NCBI GenBank assembly: GCA_963736005.1
Contig: CAVTNB010000001.1
Coordinates: 736,001-800,000, forward strand
DNA from: an uncultured Pseudomonadota bacterium
Lineage (GTDB): Bacteria; Vulcanimicrobiota; Vulcanimicrobiia; Eremiobacterales; Eremiobacteraceae
Reading direction: 5' to 3'
DNA length: 64,000 nucleotides
In this document: positions 1 to 9,538 of the stretch, one piece after another
Position numbering within the stretch: the first letter of the stretch is position 1
How the letters are laid out: every line of letters begins with the position of its first letter
Program-made: the position numbers and the translations under genes
The notes under the pieces: model-generated
What the model was told of the DNA's origin: nothing
Database searches by the model: none
Seen by the model: the letters and a program-made list of their open reading frames with translations, nothing else

Positions 1-1229
1 AGGTCGATTGCAGCCGCACGCGTGAGGCGGCTTCGTCCATGAGATCCACTGCCTTATCCGGCAAGAAGCGATCCGTGATGTAGCGATCGCTGAGACGAGC
101 CGCTGCGTCGAGCGCCTCGTCGCTGATCTTCACCCGATGATGTGCTTCGTAGCGGTCGCGCAGACCCTTGAGGATTTCGATGGTCTCCTCGACCGATGGG
201 CTCGCCGACCATGATCGACTGAAAGCGGCGCTCCAGCGCCGAGTCTTTTTCGATGTGCTTGCGAAACTCGTTGAGCGTGGTGGCGCCGATGCATTGCAGT
301 TCGCCTCGCGCCAGTGCCGGCTTGATGATGTTGCTCGCGTCAATTGCGCCCTCGGCGGCGCCCGCGCCGACGAGGGTGTGCAGTTCGTCGATGAAGAGAA
401 TGATCTCGCCGCAAGCGCCACGGATTTCATCCATGACGCGCTTCATGCGCTCCTCGAACTCGCCGCGATATTTGGTGCCCGCGACGAGGCCGGCAAGGTC
501 GAGTGTGATGACGCGTTTGTCGCGCAAAGGCTCGGGCACATCGCCACTGATAACGCGCTGCGCCAAACCCTCTGCAATGGCGGTCTTGCCGACGCCGGGC
601 TCGCCGATGAGTGCCGGGATTGTTCTTCGTTCGCCGCGAGAGGATCTGGATGACCCGCTCGATCTCGGTGTTGCGACCGATGACGGGATCAAGTTTGCTC
701 TCGCGAGCAAGTTGGGTAAGATCGCGGCCGTAGGCGTCGAGCGTCGGCGTTTTGCTCTTGCCTTTGCTCGTGCTTTGTACTTGTGTTTCCGCTCCGAGCA
801 GCGAGGTAGTCTGGACGCGTACCTTCGCAGGATCGACGCCCAGGTTCGTGAGGACGCGGGCAGCGACGCCTTCGCCTTCGCGAATGAGGCCGAGCAGCAG
901 GTGCTCGGTGCCGATGTAGTTATGGTTGAGCTGACGCGCCTCTTCGAAAGCGAGTTCGATGACGCGCTTGGCTCGCGGGGTGAACACCATCTCCTGCTGG
1001 ACGGTCTGCCCGCCTCGACCGACGATCGCTTCAACTTCGGCGCGAACCTTCGCCAGGTTGACTCCTAGAGTTTCCAACACTTTGGCGGCCAGGCTCTCGC
1101 CTTCGCTGATGATGCCGAGCAGGATGTGTTCCGTCCCGATGTAGTTGTTACCGAGCCGCTGCGCTTCTTCTTGTGCCAGCACGATTGACTGCGGCGCGCA
1201 CGCTCGGTGAACGGTTCCCACATGGACAT
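1..1229 (-). pseudogene. clpC: ATP-dependent Clp protease ATP-binding subunit ClpC, 5' part; runs off the window; three frameshifts as sequenced (possibly sequencing errors)
   Basis: Stitched frames give [90 protein letters not shown]. Extra bases near 1187, 616 and 197. AAGGAG RBS at 1241-1246. Confidence 0.9.
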
Positions 1230-1405
1230 TGTTACTTTGACTCCTTGGGCGCGCTACGGGACATCGTGCCCGATTGACCGCCTAGTTGGCGGCCCTTACT
1301 CCCGCTTGTATGTTCGACAGCTAGCTCTTGTTCTTCTTTTCCCTCTTTTGTGATTAACGTTGCAGGGTGCGCTTCCGGTTCACAGTTTCATTATCGGCAA
1401 AGGAA

Positions 1406-1583
1406 AAGCCTCAAGGATCACGGTCCGTGCTGTACTGGTGCCCGATATTCTCAGGATGACGTATCGGCTTTCGGTCGATTGGTAGTGCCAATCGCTACGC
1501 CCGGATTGCACAATCCGGATGCGGGTTCGTCGCTCGACCCGCTCGCCGATCAGTACGCCTTGGAGCGTGGCCGCTTGAGGCCT
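1406..1583 (-). ncRNA. Candidate structured ncRNA of ~178 nt (6S-sized; family unassigned)
   Basis: Closing stem 1574-1583/1406-1415, nested stems 1551-1556/1432-1437 and 1545-1550/1463-1468, three internal hairpins. 5' end coincides with the predicted TSS; U-rich tail. Confidence 0.6.
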
Positions 1584-1589
1584 ACCGCG

Positions 1590-1618
1590 ATAATACTTGC
1601 GACCTCGCTGCGTGTCAA
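1590..1618 (-). promoter_or_regulatory. sigma70-type promoter TTGACA-N17-TATTAT
   Basis: -35 at 1613-1618, -10 at 1590-1595, 17-bp spacer. Confidence 0.75.
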
Positions 1619-1669
1619 GTCAATTGCCGGATTCGTTTCGAAACAAAACGAAGGGAGCAAGCGACGCCA

Positions 1670-3205
1670 ATGTCCTCTACACAATCTTCCCAGCCAAGGC
1701 CGCAACATCGCGTCGCAATTGCAATTGGGTCCAATCTTGGAGACCGTCAGGGCAATGTGGGCGCTGCTATCCACAGGCTGCGCTCGTACGTGACGATCGA
1801 TCGTCTTTCGTCCACGTATGAAACAAAGCCGGTCGGCTTTACGGAGCAACCTGACTTCCTCAACCTCGCGTGCACCGGATGGACGACCTTGGCGCCTCAG
1901 CGGCTGCGGGATGCAATGGCGAAGATCGAGCGCCAAATCGGGCGCCGGATCAGCGTGCCTTTGGGGCCGCGCGCGATCGATTTGGATCTTTTGCTCTATG
2001 ATGACGTCATATCGAGCGACCAAAGTTGTACAATTCCGCACCCTGGATTGGCCACGCGAGCATTTGTTCTCGTCCCCCTAGCGGAGATCGCACCCGAACT
2101 TGTCGATCCGCGATCCGGAAAAACAATCGGTGAACTTGCTGCAACCATCGACCGGTCTGGTGTGACGATTCGCGAAGGCGGTCTTTTGACTCGCACGCGA
2201 CGCGACGTCCAAGAATCCAGACCCCAAGTACCTCTGGCGCTCAATCGAGTGGGCATAACCGGCGTCAAGACGCTGATCAACCTGGAGAACGATGCTATCG
2301 GAGGGCAAGCAAGCTTCGCGACTCTCGATATCTACGCTGATTTGGACGCGGGCCACAGCGGCGTGCACATGTCGCGTTTCTCGCAGGATCTCGAGGATGC
2401 GCTCGCAGACCTGCGCCTGGAACGCTTCGGCATTGATGGGCTTGCACTGGCCCTCGCGCAACGCGTGGTGGAAAGTCAGAATGCGGAGCGGGCTGAGGTC
2501 CACTTGACCGCCCCGGTTGCCCTCGAGCGCTTCACCCCGGTGAGCGCGCTTCGCACGCGTGAGTTCTATACGGCGATCGGGCGCGCGGCAGTTACTCGTC
2601 GCTTTTCACGCCGGCTCCTTGGCGTCGAAGCCGAAGGTATGACTGCCTGTCCCTGCGCGCAGGCGATGGTTGCCGACTACTCACGCGAGCGGCTCCTCGC
2701 TGAGGGTTTCTCTGAGGAGCAAGTGGCCAAGATCTTGGCGGCCATCCCAGTTGCGACGCACAACCAGCGCGGCGTCGGAAGGCTCCTTGTTGGTTCCGAG
2801 CGGCCCGTTTCGCTCGCGCAGCTCGTTGAAATTGTCGAGCAATCGATGTCTTCAGAAACGTATGATTTGCTCAAGCGCCCGGACGAGTTGTTCGTCGTCA
2901 ACAAGGCACATCAGTCGCCGCGCTTTGTCGAAGATGTCGTGCGCGAGATGCTTCGCTATGTGAACGACGCGCTTGTCGACTTTCCCGGCGACACCTTTGT
3001 CTTCGCCCGACAGATCAATTTCGAGAGCATTCACAAGCACGATGCCGTGGCCGAGTCTTGTTGCACGCTTGACGAACTGCGCCGCGAGCTTCGCGGCCAC
3101 ACCGACGTTGGGCACACGAGCCTCGAGCAATGGATGCATGGTGACGCCAAAGGTCTTGGGGCGACTTTCCAAGCGCCCCCTACAGATTTCGAGAAATCTC
3201 TATGA
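1670..3205 (+). CDS. folK-folE2: Fusion of HPPK (FolK) and GTP cyclohydrolase IB/MptA family (FolE2)
   Basis: N-terminal IAIGSNLGD..SSTYET..GPRAIDLDLL..IPHP. C-terminal GVHMSR, TACPCA, THNQRG, LLKRPDE, PRFVEDVVR, ESIHKHDA. Confidence 0.9.
   Translation: MSSTQSSQPRPQHRVAIAIGSNLGDRQGNVGAAIHRLRSYVTIDRLSSTYETKPVGFTEQPDFLNLACTGWTTLAPQRLRDAMAKIERQIGRRISVPLGPRAIDLDLLLYDDVISSDQSCTIPHPGLATRAFVLVPLAEIAPELVDPRSGKTIGELAATIDRSGVTIREGGLLTRTRRDVQESRPQVPLALNRVGITGVKTLINLENDAIGGQASFATLDIYADLDAGHSGVHMSRFSQDLEDALADLRLERFGIDGLALALAQRVVESQNAERAEVHLTAPVALERFTPVSALRTREFYTAIGRAAVTRRFSRRLLGVEAEGMTACPCAQAMVADYSRERLLAEGFSEEQVAKILAAIPVATHNQRGVGRLLVGSERPVSLAQLVEIVEQSMSSETYDLLKRPDELFVVNKAHQSPRFVEDVVREMLRYVNDALVDFPGDTFVFARQINFESIHKHDAVAESCCTLDELRRELRGHTDVGHTSLEQWMHGDAKGLGATFQAPPTDFEKSL
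3158..3184 (-). repeat. GTAG-hairpin REP family B, in frame within the FolE2 C-terminus
   Basis: ggggcgactttccaagcgccccctaca. Confidence 0.65.
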
Positions 3206-4425
3206 TGGATTTTGAAAGGGCTGCGGTTCCCTACTGGCCGATACGTCGCCGCAAGATCTTGCGGCGAAATCTCGCGATCGCTGCTGCTCTTTTCCTCATC
3301 GTGGGTACCATCGTCCTGATCCGCCACCGGCTTGCGACCGAGTCCATCGGCGAGCGGGTTTTCGATGAAGTTGCGACGACGGTCTCCGTTCGCTACTACG
3401 ATCGAGCGTTCCACGGCCTCAATTGGAATGGAATCGTTGAGCGCTACCGGCCGCTTGTGGAAAATGCACCAACCCAGGCACGCCGCTACGAGCTCTTGCA
3501 ACAGATGCTCGCACGCCTTGGCGATAGCCACACCGCGATTTTTTCGCCTGCGCAAGTGAATGACGTGGAAGCCGAGGATGCCGGAACCCTCGGAGCATTG
3601 TTCGCAACAATCGGGCAGGATCGTGTGGTCGTGCGCGTTGCGCCGCGATCCCCGGCCGCAAGCGCCGGGCTGCGCCCGGGCTACATTGTCGTAGAACGTG
3701 CCTCCGAGGGCGGGGCTGGATCCTCGGTTCGCTCGTTTGCCGTGCGCGATCCGTTAACGGGGCGTTCCTGGCGTGCACTCCTGCATCCATCGACAAGCGA
3801 TTCGTTTGACGCTGTGGTCTTACCCGATGTGGACTGGGGCACGCTCGCCCCCCACGTGGGCTATCTGCGCATGACCTCCTTTCCCAACAACATCGAGGAA
3901 GAGCTGGGATGGGCCGTTTCTGACATTGGCACGCAGCCGGCAATGGTGCTGGACTTGCGCGGGAATCCCGGCGGCCTTATCGACGCGGTCGACGCAACCG
4001 CGGGCATTTTCTTGCAGCCTGGCACTCTCGTCGTGAGCGGCGCTGGCCGCTATTCATTCTTCCGGCGGCGCTTTCTCGCGACGGGCGATGCGGACGTGCG
4101 CTACCAAGGGCGTCTTGCAGTCCTGGTTGACGGCACGAGCGAAAGCGGGGCCGAGGCGTTAGCGTCCGCGCTGCAAATCTATCGGCGGGCGGAGATCGTT
4201 GGGGAACCGACCGCCCGTCACGTGCTTGGGGTTGAGGTTGAAGAGCGACTAGCCGACGGAGGTCTGCTGCGCGTGGCGACGCTCGACATGCGCGACGCCC
4301 GCGGGAACATTCTTGAAGGCCGCGGCGTGGCACCTGACATTACGGTAGCGCGAACTCCGGCGGACATTGCCCGCGGGCGCGACCCTCAACTGCGCGCCGC
4401 CATCTCGTATCTCACTCGCCTGTAA
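3202..4425 (+). CDS. S41 family (tail-specific/CtpA-like) peptidase with N-terminal TM
   Basis: LGDSHT, SPAASAGLRPG (PDZ-like), GYLRM, LDLRGNPGG, SESGAE, LEGRGVAPD, DPQL. Confidence 0.85.
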   Translation: MMDFERAAVPYWPIRRRKILRRNLAIAAALFLIVGTIVLIRHRLATESIGERVFDEVATTVSVRYYDRAFHGLNWNGIVERYRPLVENAPTQARRYELLQQMLARLGDSHTAIFSPAQVNDVEAEDAGTLGALFATIGQDRVVVRVAPRSPAASAGLRPGYIVVERASEGGAGSSVRSFAVRDPLTGRSWRALLHPSTSDSFDAVVLPDVDWGTLAPHVGYLRMTSFPNNIEEELGWAVSDIGTQPAMVLDLRGNPGGLIDAVDATAGIFLQPGTLVVSGAGRYSFFRRRFLATGDADVRYQGRLAVLVDGTSESGAEALASALQIYRRAEIVGEPTARHVLGVEVEERLADGGLLRVATLDMRDARGNILEGRGVAPDITVARTPADIARGRDPQLRAAISYLTRL

Positions 4426-4435
4426 TCTCTCAATC

Positions 4436-4489
4436 TCTAAAATGTAGTCTCGCGAATCTAAAATGTAGTCTCGCGAATTTATTCGCGAG
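4436..4489 (+). repeat. REP family A: truncated copy plus full copy (21-bp tandem duplication)
   Basis: tctaaaatgtagtctcgcgaa x2, then tttattcgcgag. Confidence 0.85.
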
Positions 4490-4844
4490 TATTAGCGATC
4501 GCTGCGGCCACGACATCACCCAGGGCGCTTCGCTCGACGATTTGCGCGCGCGGTGCTGACTCGTGCGCCCGTGCAAGATCCTTGGGCGCGACGTCGACGA
4601 GGAACACGGGGATGTCGCGCGTGTTAAAGCCTTCGCCCAGGTAGCGGGCCGCTTCGAAAGCATGCGAGGGTATCGTGCTCGCCGCGATGACAATAATGTC
4701 CGGACGCTGCGTGTTGACAGCCTCGAAAAACGTTGGCCATGCTGGTTCCGCCTCTGCCACCGTCACCCCCGCCTTTTGAAGCATCTCGCTTCGTTGCGCG
4801 CACGCTGGATCGGTGCTGAATTGCAACAGAAGAACCTTTATCAT
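4479..4844 (-). CDS. Small receiver-like (CheY-fold) protein, atypical
   Basis: KVLLL..QRPDIIVI..TRDIPVFLV pattern; acidic pocket and phospho-Asp not evident. Confidence 0.6.
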   Translation of the reverse strand: MIKVLLLQFSTDPACAQRSEMLQKAGVTVAEAEPAWPTFFEAVNTQRPDIIVIAASTIPSHAFEAARYLGEGFNTRDIPVFLVDVAPKDLARAHESAPRAQIVERSALGDVVAAAIANTRE

Positions 4845-4961
4845 GCCTCAACCTGATTCGACCCAGAGCGGTGTCGGTCATTCGACGCGATTTCAATGCA
4901 GCTACATTCGCCAAACGACCGAACAGAGGTCCGTGGCCTAATCAGCGGAAACGAGCGCCTC

Positions 4962-6512
4962 ATGAGCCATGAGTCAGAGATGGATTTGTTACGGACCAAA
5001 TCGCAGCAAGCAGCTGAACCGGCCGGGCACAATGCAATCAAGAAACAGCATGACCGTGGCAAGCTAACCGCCCGAGAACGGGTGGCGCGCCTGCTCGACC
5101 CCGAATCGTTCGTAGAGCTCGACGCGTTTGCGGTCCACCGCACCGACGCGTTTGGCTTAGGCGAAAAGAAATTTATGGGCGATGGCGTCGTCACTGGCTA
5201 CGGCAGTATCGACGGCCGTAGAGTATGCATTTTCTCGCAGGACTTCACCGTTTTGGGCGGCTCGCTGGGAGAAGTTTTTGCCGAGAAGATTTGCAAAGTC
5301 ATGGATCTTGCGGTAAAAATCGGATGCCCGATTATCGGCATTAATGATTCGGGAGGCGCGCGCATTCAAGAGGGCGTGGTCAGCCTTGGAGGTTACGCTG
5401 AAATCTTTTGGCGCAACGTGCAGGCCTCCGGAGTGGTACCTCAGATTTCGATCATTGCGGGTCCCTGCGCGGGCGGAGCCGTCTACAGCCCAGCGATGAC
5501 CGATTTTGTCATCATGGTTGATAAGATCTCGCAAATGTTCATTACTGGACCGGAGATTATCAAGACGGTCACCGGTGAGGAAGTGTCGTTCGAAGAGCTC
5601 GGTGGCGCAACCACCCACAACACCAAGAGCGGCGTCGCCCAATTCATCGCGGCGGACGAAAACGATGCGTTTGAGCAGACCCGTCATCTTCTCTCCTTTT
5701 TGCCCCAAAATAATGTCGATGATCCACCCATCGTGGCCTGCGATGACGACCCGCAACGGAGTGATGCCTCGTTGATCGACGTCATTCCAGCATCTTCAAA
5801 TCTTCCGTACGATATGCGCGAGGTTGTCGGCCGCATCGTTGATGACGGCGAATTTTTTGAAGTTCAAGCGCTCTACGGTGGATCGCTGCTCGTAGGGTTC
5901 GCCCGGCTTGCGGGGCGCCCGGTGGGCGTGGTTGGAAACCAGCCGAAAGTGCTCGCCGGTGTTCTCGATATCGATTCGTCAATCAAAGGCGCGCGATTTG
6001 TACGCTTTTGCGACGCGTTCAACATCCCGCTCGTCACCTTTGTGGACGTGCCCGGGTTCTTACCTGGTCTCAATCAAGAGTACGGCGGCATTATCAAGCA
6101 CGGGGCAAAACTGCTGTACGCGTTTGCCGAGGCGACCGTGCCAAAACTGACCGTCATCACGCGCAAGGCGTACGGCGGCGCCTACGACGTTATGTGCAGC
6201 AAGCACATTCGTTCCGATTTCAACGTCGCGTGGCCCACTGCCGAGGTAGCAGTCATGGGTCCGCAAGGAGCGGTGCGCATCATCTTCCGCGATGAGATCG
6301 CTCGCGCCAAAGATCCAGCCAAGCGGGCGGAAGAGCTTGTCAACGAGTATCTCGAGCGCTTCGCCAACCCGTACGTGGCTGCCGAGCGTGGCTATCTCGA
6401 CGCCGTCATCGATCCTGCCCAGACGAGGCCGGTCCTCATCCACGCCCTGGAGGCGCTGGCGACCAAACGGGTGGCACGGCCGGCGCGCAAGCACGGCAAC
6501 ATTCCGCTGTGA
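4962..6512 (+). CDS. pccB: Acyl-CoA (propionyl-CoA) carboxylase, carboxyltransferase beta subunit
   Basis: [54 protein letters not shown]. Confidence 0.93.
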   Translation: MSHESEMDLLRTKSQQAAEPAGHNAIKKQHDRGKLTARERVARLLDPESFVELDAFAVHRTDAFGLGEKKFMGDGVVTGYGSIDGRRVCIFSQDFTVLGGSLGEVFAEKICKVMDLAVKIGCPIIGINDSGGARIQEGVVSLGGYAEIFWRNVQASGVVPQISIIAGPCAGGAVYSPAMTDFVIMVDKISQMFITGPEIIKTVTGEEVSFEELGGATTHNTKSGVAQFIAADENDAFEQTRHLLSFLPQNNVDDPPIVACDDDPQRSDASLIDVIPASSNLPYDMREVVGRIVDDGEFFEVQALYGGSLLVGFARLAGRPVGVVGNQPKVLAGVLDIDSSIKGARFVRFCDAFNIPLVTFVDVPGFLPGLNQEYGGIIKHGAKLLYAFAEATVPKLTVITRKAYGGAYDVMCSKHIRSDFNVAWPTAEVAVMGPQGAVRIIFRDEIARAKDPAKRAEELVNEYLERFANPYVAAERGYLDAVIDPAQTRPVLIHALEALATKRVARPARKHGNIPL

Positions 6513-6757
6513 TCATCCTTTCGATTGAACCGCAACCCTCGCCGGAGGAAGCGGCGGCCATCGAATTGGCGCTGAGAAAACTCGTTCGGTCAAACGCGAT
6601 TACACCAAGCCTAGCGTCACGTTGGACGAACCGTCGGGCGACACGCGCGAATGAATTCGCGCGTCTACAACACTGGCAATCGCCCGCTGCAAATAGCCGA
6701 AAGCCAACCACCTGGGCGCGAGCAGCGCGCGGCGAGGCAATCGCACCAAGTGTTTAA
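6509..6757 (+). CDS. Putative acyl-CoA carboxylase epsilon-like small subunit
   Basis: [19 protein letters not shown] pattern; overlaps pccB stop and pccA start. Confidence 0.6.
   Translation: MIILSIEPQPSPEEAAAIELALRKLVRSNAITPSLASRWTNRRATRANEFARLQHWQSPAANSRKPTTWARAARGEAIAPSV
6635..6691 (-). repeat. REP family A copy (6643-6669) nested in a degenerate family B copy
   Basis: cgggcg-acac-gcgcgaatgaattcgcgcgtctaca-acac-tggcaatcgcccgctgca. Confidence 0.65.
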
Positions 6758-8495
6758 ACGGGTCCTGATCGCGAACCGGGGAGAGATTGCGCTCCGCGTG
6801 ATTCGTGCCTGCCGCGAACTTGGGATTGCATCGGTTGCGGTGTATTCCGATGCGGATCGGCACGCGCTCCACGTCAAGGCCGCGGATGAAGCGATCCATC
6901 TCGGTGAAGCGGCGCCCTCGCAATCGTATCTCAATGTCGAACGCATTCTCGAGGTGGCCGCCCGTACGAACTGCGATGCTATCCATCCGGGGTACGGCTT
7001 CCTCGCGGAGAATGCTGCCTTTGCTCGAGCAGTTGCGCAGCGCGGACTTACCTTCATCGGTCCCTCTCCCAGTGCGATGAAACGCATGGGCGACAAACTT
7101 GCCGCCCGGACGGTCGCCAAAGAAGCAGGCGTTCCAATCGTTCCCGGCACGACGCAGCCCGTGAGATCGGTAAACGAGGTGCTCGCAATTGCAAAATCGA
7201 TCGGTTTTCCGATCGCTGTTAAGGCTTCGGCCGGCGGCGGAGGCAAGGGATTGAAAGTGGCGGCGTCGCCAGCTGAGGTGGAAGCGGCGGTATCGCTTGC
7301 TTCAAAGGAAGCATCGGCATATTTTGCCGACGACACGGTCTATGTCGAGCGATATCTAAAAAGTCCGAAGCATGTCGAAGTGCAGGTGCTCGGGGATAAA
7401 CATCGTGCCGCGGTGCAGTTGGGCGAGCGAGATTGCTCGATGCAGCGCCGACATCAAAAATTGATCGAAGAAACCCCTGCTTCCATCGGCGCCGGGCTCC
7501 GGCAGCGCATGCACGATGCGGCTCTCTCGCTTGTCCGCGCTATTGACTACGACAGCGTGGGAACCGTCGAGTGCCTGGTGGAGGGCGATAATTTCTATTT
7601 CTTGGAAATGAATGCGCGCATTCAAGTCGAGCACACGATCACCGAGGAAACGTACGGATTCGATTTGGTCAAGGCGCAAATCCGAGTTGCCGCCGGCGAG
7701 CCGCTTTGGTTTTCTCAGTCTGATTTGGAACCGCGCGGCCATGCGATCGAATGCCGCATCAACGCGGAGTCTCCCGCTGACTCGTTCGCTCCAAGCCCCG
7801 GCCGCATCACGCGCTACATCGAGCCGGGTGGTCCGGGAATTCGGGTTGACAGTGCAGCGTTTGCGGGCTGGGAGATTGGCAACGACTACGACTCGCTAGT
7901 TGCCAAGCTCGTCGCGTGGGGAAGCAATCGGGAAGAGGCAAGACAGCGCATGCTCCGGGCGCTTTCAGAATATTCTATCGAGGGGATTTTGACCACGATA
8001 CCCTTCTATCGCTCGTTGCTGTGTGGCGACGCGTTCGCGAGCGGCACGTATTCAACGTCAAGCGTGGAAGCGTTCGTTGCGCCCAACACCGTCCGTGGGA
8101 GCCAACCCTTGGGTTCGCCCGAAAAAGGCGCGCCCATGCCGACACCGCTTGACGTTACCGTGGAGGTCAACGACAAGCAGTTTCGTGTGCGCGTGACGGG
8201 CCTCAACCTCGCAGCGAACAGAGGCGCGCTGCCCCGCGCGCGCAAGTACCAAAGCTCGCGCAGCATTGCGCACGTCGGATCAAACATCGTCGCGCCCATG
8301 CACGGGATCGTCGCGGAGATCAAAGTTAAGGTTGGGGACGAGATCTCATCCGGTCAGGTCGTCGCGGTCGTTGAAGCGATGAAAATGATGAACGAAGTGT
8401 TCGCTCACAGGACGGGCAAGGTTGTCGCCATCAACGCGAAAACCGGCGAGACGATAGAGTCCGGCTCATCGCTCATTTCCCTCGCAGACCTGTAG
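6750..8495 (+). CDS. pccA: Biotin carboxylase/biotin carrier subunit of acyl-CoA carboxylase
   Basis: VLIANRGEIA, HPGYGFLAEN, GGGGKG, QRRHQK, EMNARIQVEH, C-terminal EAMKM biotin motif; GTG start. Confidence 0.92.
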   Translation: MFKRVLIANRGEIALRVIRACRELGIASVAVYSDADRHALHVKAADEAIHLGEAAPSQSYLNVERILEVAARTNCDAIHPGYGFLAENAAFARAVAQRGLTFIGPSPSAMKRMGDKLAARTVAKEAGVPIVPGTTQPVRSVNEVLAIAKSIGFPIAVKASAGGGGKGLKVAASPAEVEAAVSLASKEASAYFADDTVYVERYLKSPKHVEVQVLGDKHRAAVQLGERDCSMQRRHQKLIEETPASIGAGLRQRMHDAALSLVRAIDYDSVGTVECLVEGDNFYFLEMNARIQVEHTITEETYGFDLVKAQIRVAAGEPLWFSQSDLEPRGHAIECRINAESPADSFAPSPGRITRYIEPGGPGIRVDSAAFAGWEIGNDYDSLVAKLVAWGSNREEARQRMLRALSEYSIEGILTTIPFYRSLLCGDAFASGTYSTSSVEAFVAPNTVRGSQPLGSPEKGAPMPTPLDVTVEVNDKQFRVRVTGLNLAANRGALPRARKYQSSRSIAHVGSNIVAPMHGIVAEIKVKVGDEISSGQVVAVVEAMKMMNEVFAHRTGKVVAINAKTGETIESGSSLISLADL

Positions 8496-8517
8496 GGGGC
8501 GATTGGAAAATCGCCCC
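8492..8517 (+). repeat. REP family B; its GTAG supplies the pccA stop
   Basis: gtagggggcgattggaaaatcgcccc. Confidence 0.85.
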
Positions 8518-8522
8518 ATGAC

Positions 8523-9440
8523 CTACGCCGATGCCGAATGGCTGTGGCGGTTCGCCGTCTTCTTTCCGTAGCGCTCCGCAATGAAATCATCAAGACGAGT
8601 CGGTTCAAAGGGGAAGCGCGCAAGCAGCGGCGCCATCTCGACGATCATAGGTTGGGTGTCCATCATGATGGCTGTCTGCACTTGCCGGCTAAACGCCGGC
8701 CGCATCGTTCCGGTGACTCCCGCCATCAGGTGCATTGCCGCGGGCGCAATATGAGTTACCTGCGCGCTGCGCCCCGTGAATCGCGCGAACGAGGCAGCGA
8801 CCTCATTCATGGTAAGTGGTTCGGGTCCGCCGATGTCCAGCGTTTCGCCGACGAGTTCTGGTGCGCGCAGCGCGAGCGATCCAAAGTATGCGACATCGCT
8901 TGCCGCAACGAATGTGATTGGATTGGACCCTCGACCGAAGATCTTCGTGCGGCCATCCTTCAAAAGAGGTTCGCCGATGAGCGCGCCCCAGGTATCCATA
9001 AATGGGCTTGGGCGAAGGATCGAAAAACTCAAGCCACTCTCCCGCAAATAGGTTTCAGTTTCGAACTTGATGCGAAAGAAATCGATTGCGTGATCGGCAC
9101 GCGCACCCGCAACGGAGGTAAAAACGAAACGATCAATGCCCGCACGCTTGGCTGCATCGATCAGGTTGCGGTTTCCCGCACCGTCAACAAGCTTAGGACT
9201 GCTTTCGCCCGCCCCCATGAATGAGTGGGCGGCAGCGAGCACCTTGTCCGTGCCGCGACAGGCCCGTGCTAGAGATTCCGGATCGCGCAGGTCGCCCACG
9301 TAAATCTGTGCGCCCATCCGGCGTAATGAATCCGCCTTTTTTGCGTCGCGAGTGAGAGCGCGGACATGCGTTCCCGAACGAAGGAGCAACGCTATGAGAG
9401 CGTTTCCCAAATGGCCCGTGGCGCCGACAACAAGAATCAT
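8523..9440 (-). CDS. NmrA/SDR family NAD(P)-binding oxidoreductase
   Basis: MILVVGATGHLG Rossmann motif, GDLRD, ILRP, IGGPE. Confidence 0.88.
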   Translation of the reverse strand: MILVVGATGHLGNALIALLLRSGTHVRALTRDAKKADSLRRMGAQIYVGDLRDPESLARACRGTDKVLAAAHSFMGAGESSPKLVDGAGNRNLIDAAKRAGIDRFVFTSVAGARADHAIDFFRIKFETETYLRESGLSFSILRPSPFMDTWGALIGEPLLKDGRTKIFGRGSNPITFVAASDVAYFGSLALRAPELVGETLDIGGPEPLTMNEVAASFARFTGRSAQVTHIAPAAMHLMAGVTGTMRPAFSRQVQTAIMMDTQPMIVEMAPLLARFPFEPTRLDDFIAERYGKKTANRHSHSASA

Positions 9441-9493
9441 TGCAGTGCTGCGGATTGGGTACCGGTCTGACGAGCCTGATACCTTGAGTCAGG

Positions 9494-9515
9494 GGGCCTA
9501 AAGGTCCACTGCTAC
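9494..9515 (-). repeat. REP family C (degenerate)
   Basis: Reverse complement gtagcagtggacctttaggccc. Confidence 0.55.
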
Positions 9516-9538
9516 ACTCCCGATGAACGCCCGATTGT

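Noticed and set aside
1225..1245. CtsR-like heptad (AGTCAAA) before clpC
   Set aside because: Only one half-site, and no ctsR-mcsAB genes in the window.
1463..1550. tRNA-Cys-like reading on the + strand (ccggattgcacaatccgg, gcgggttcg)
   Set aside because: Arm lengths and loops are non-canonical, with no proper acceptor stem or CCA; better explained as part of the larger structured RNA.
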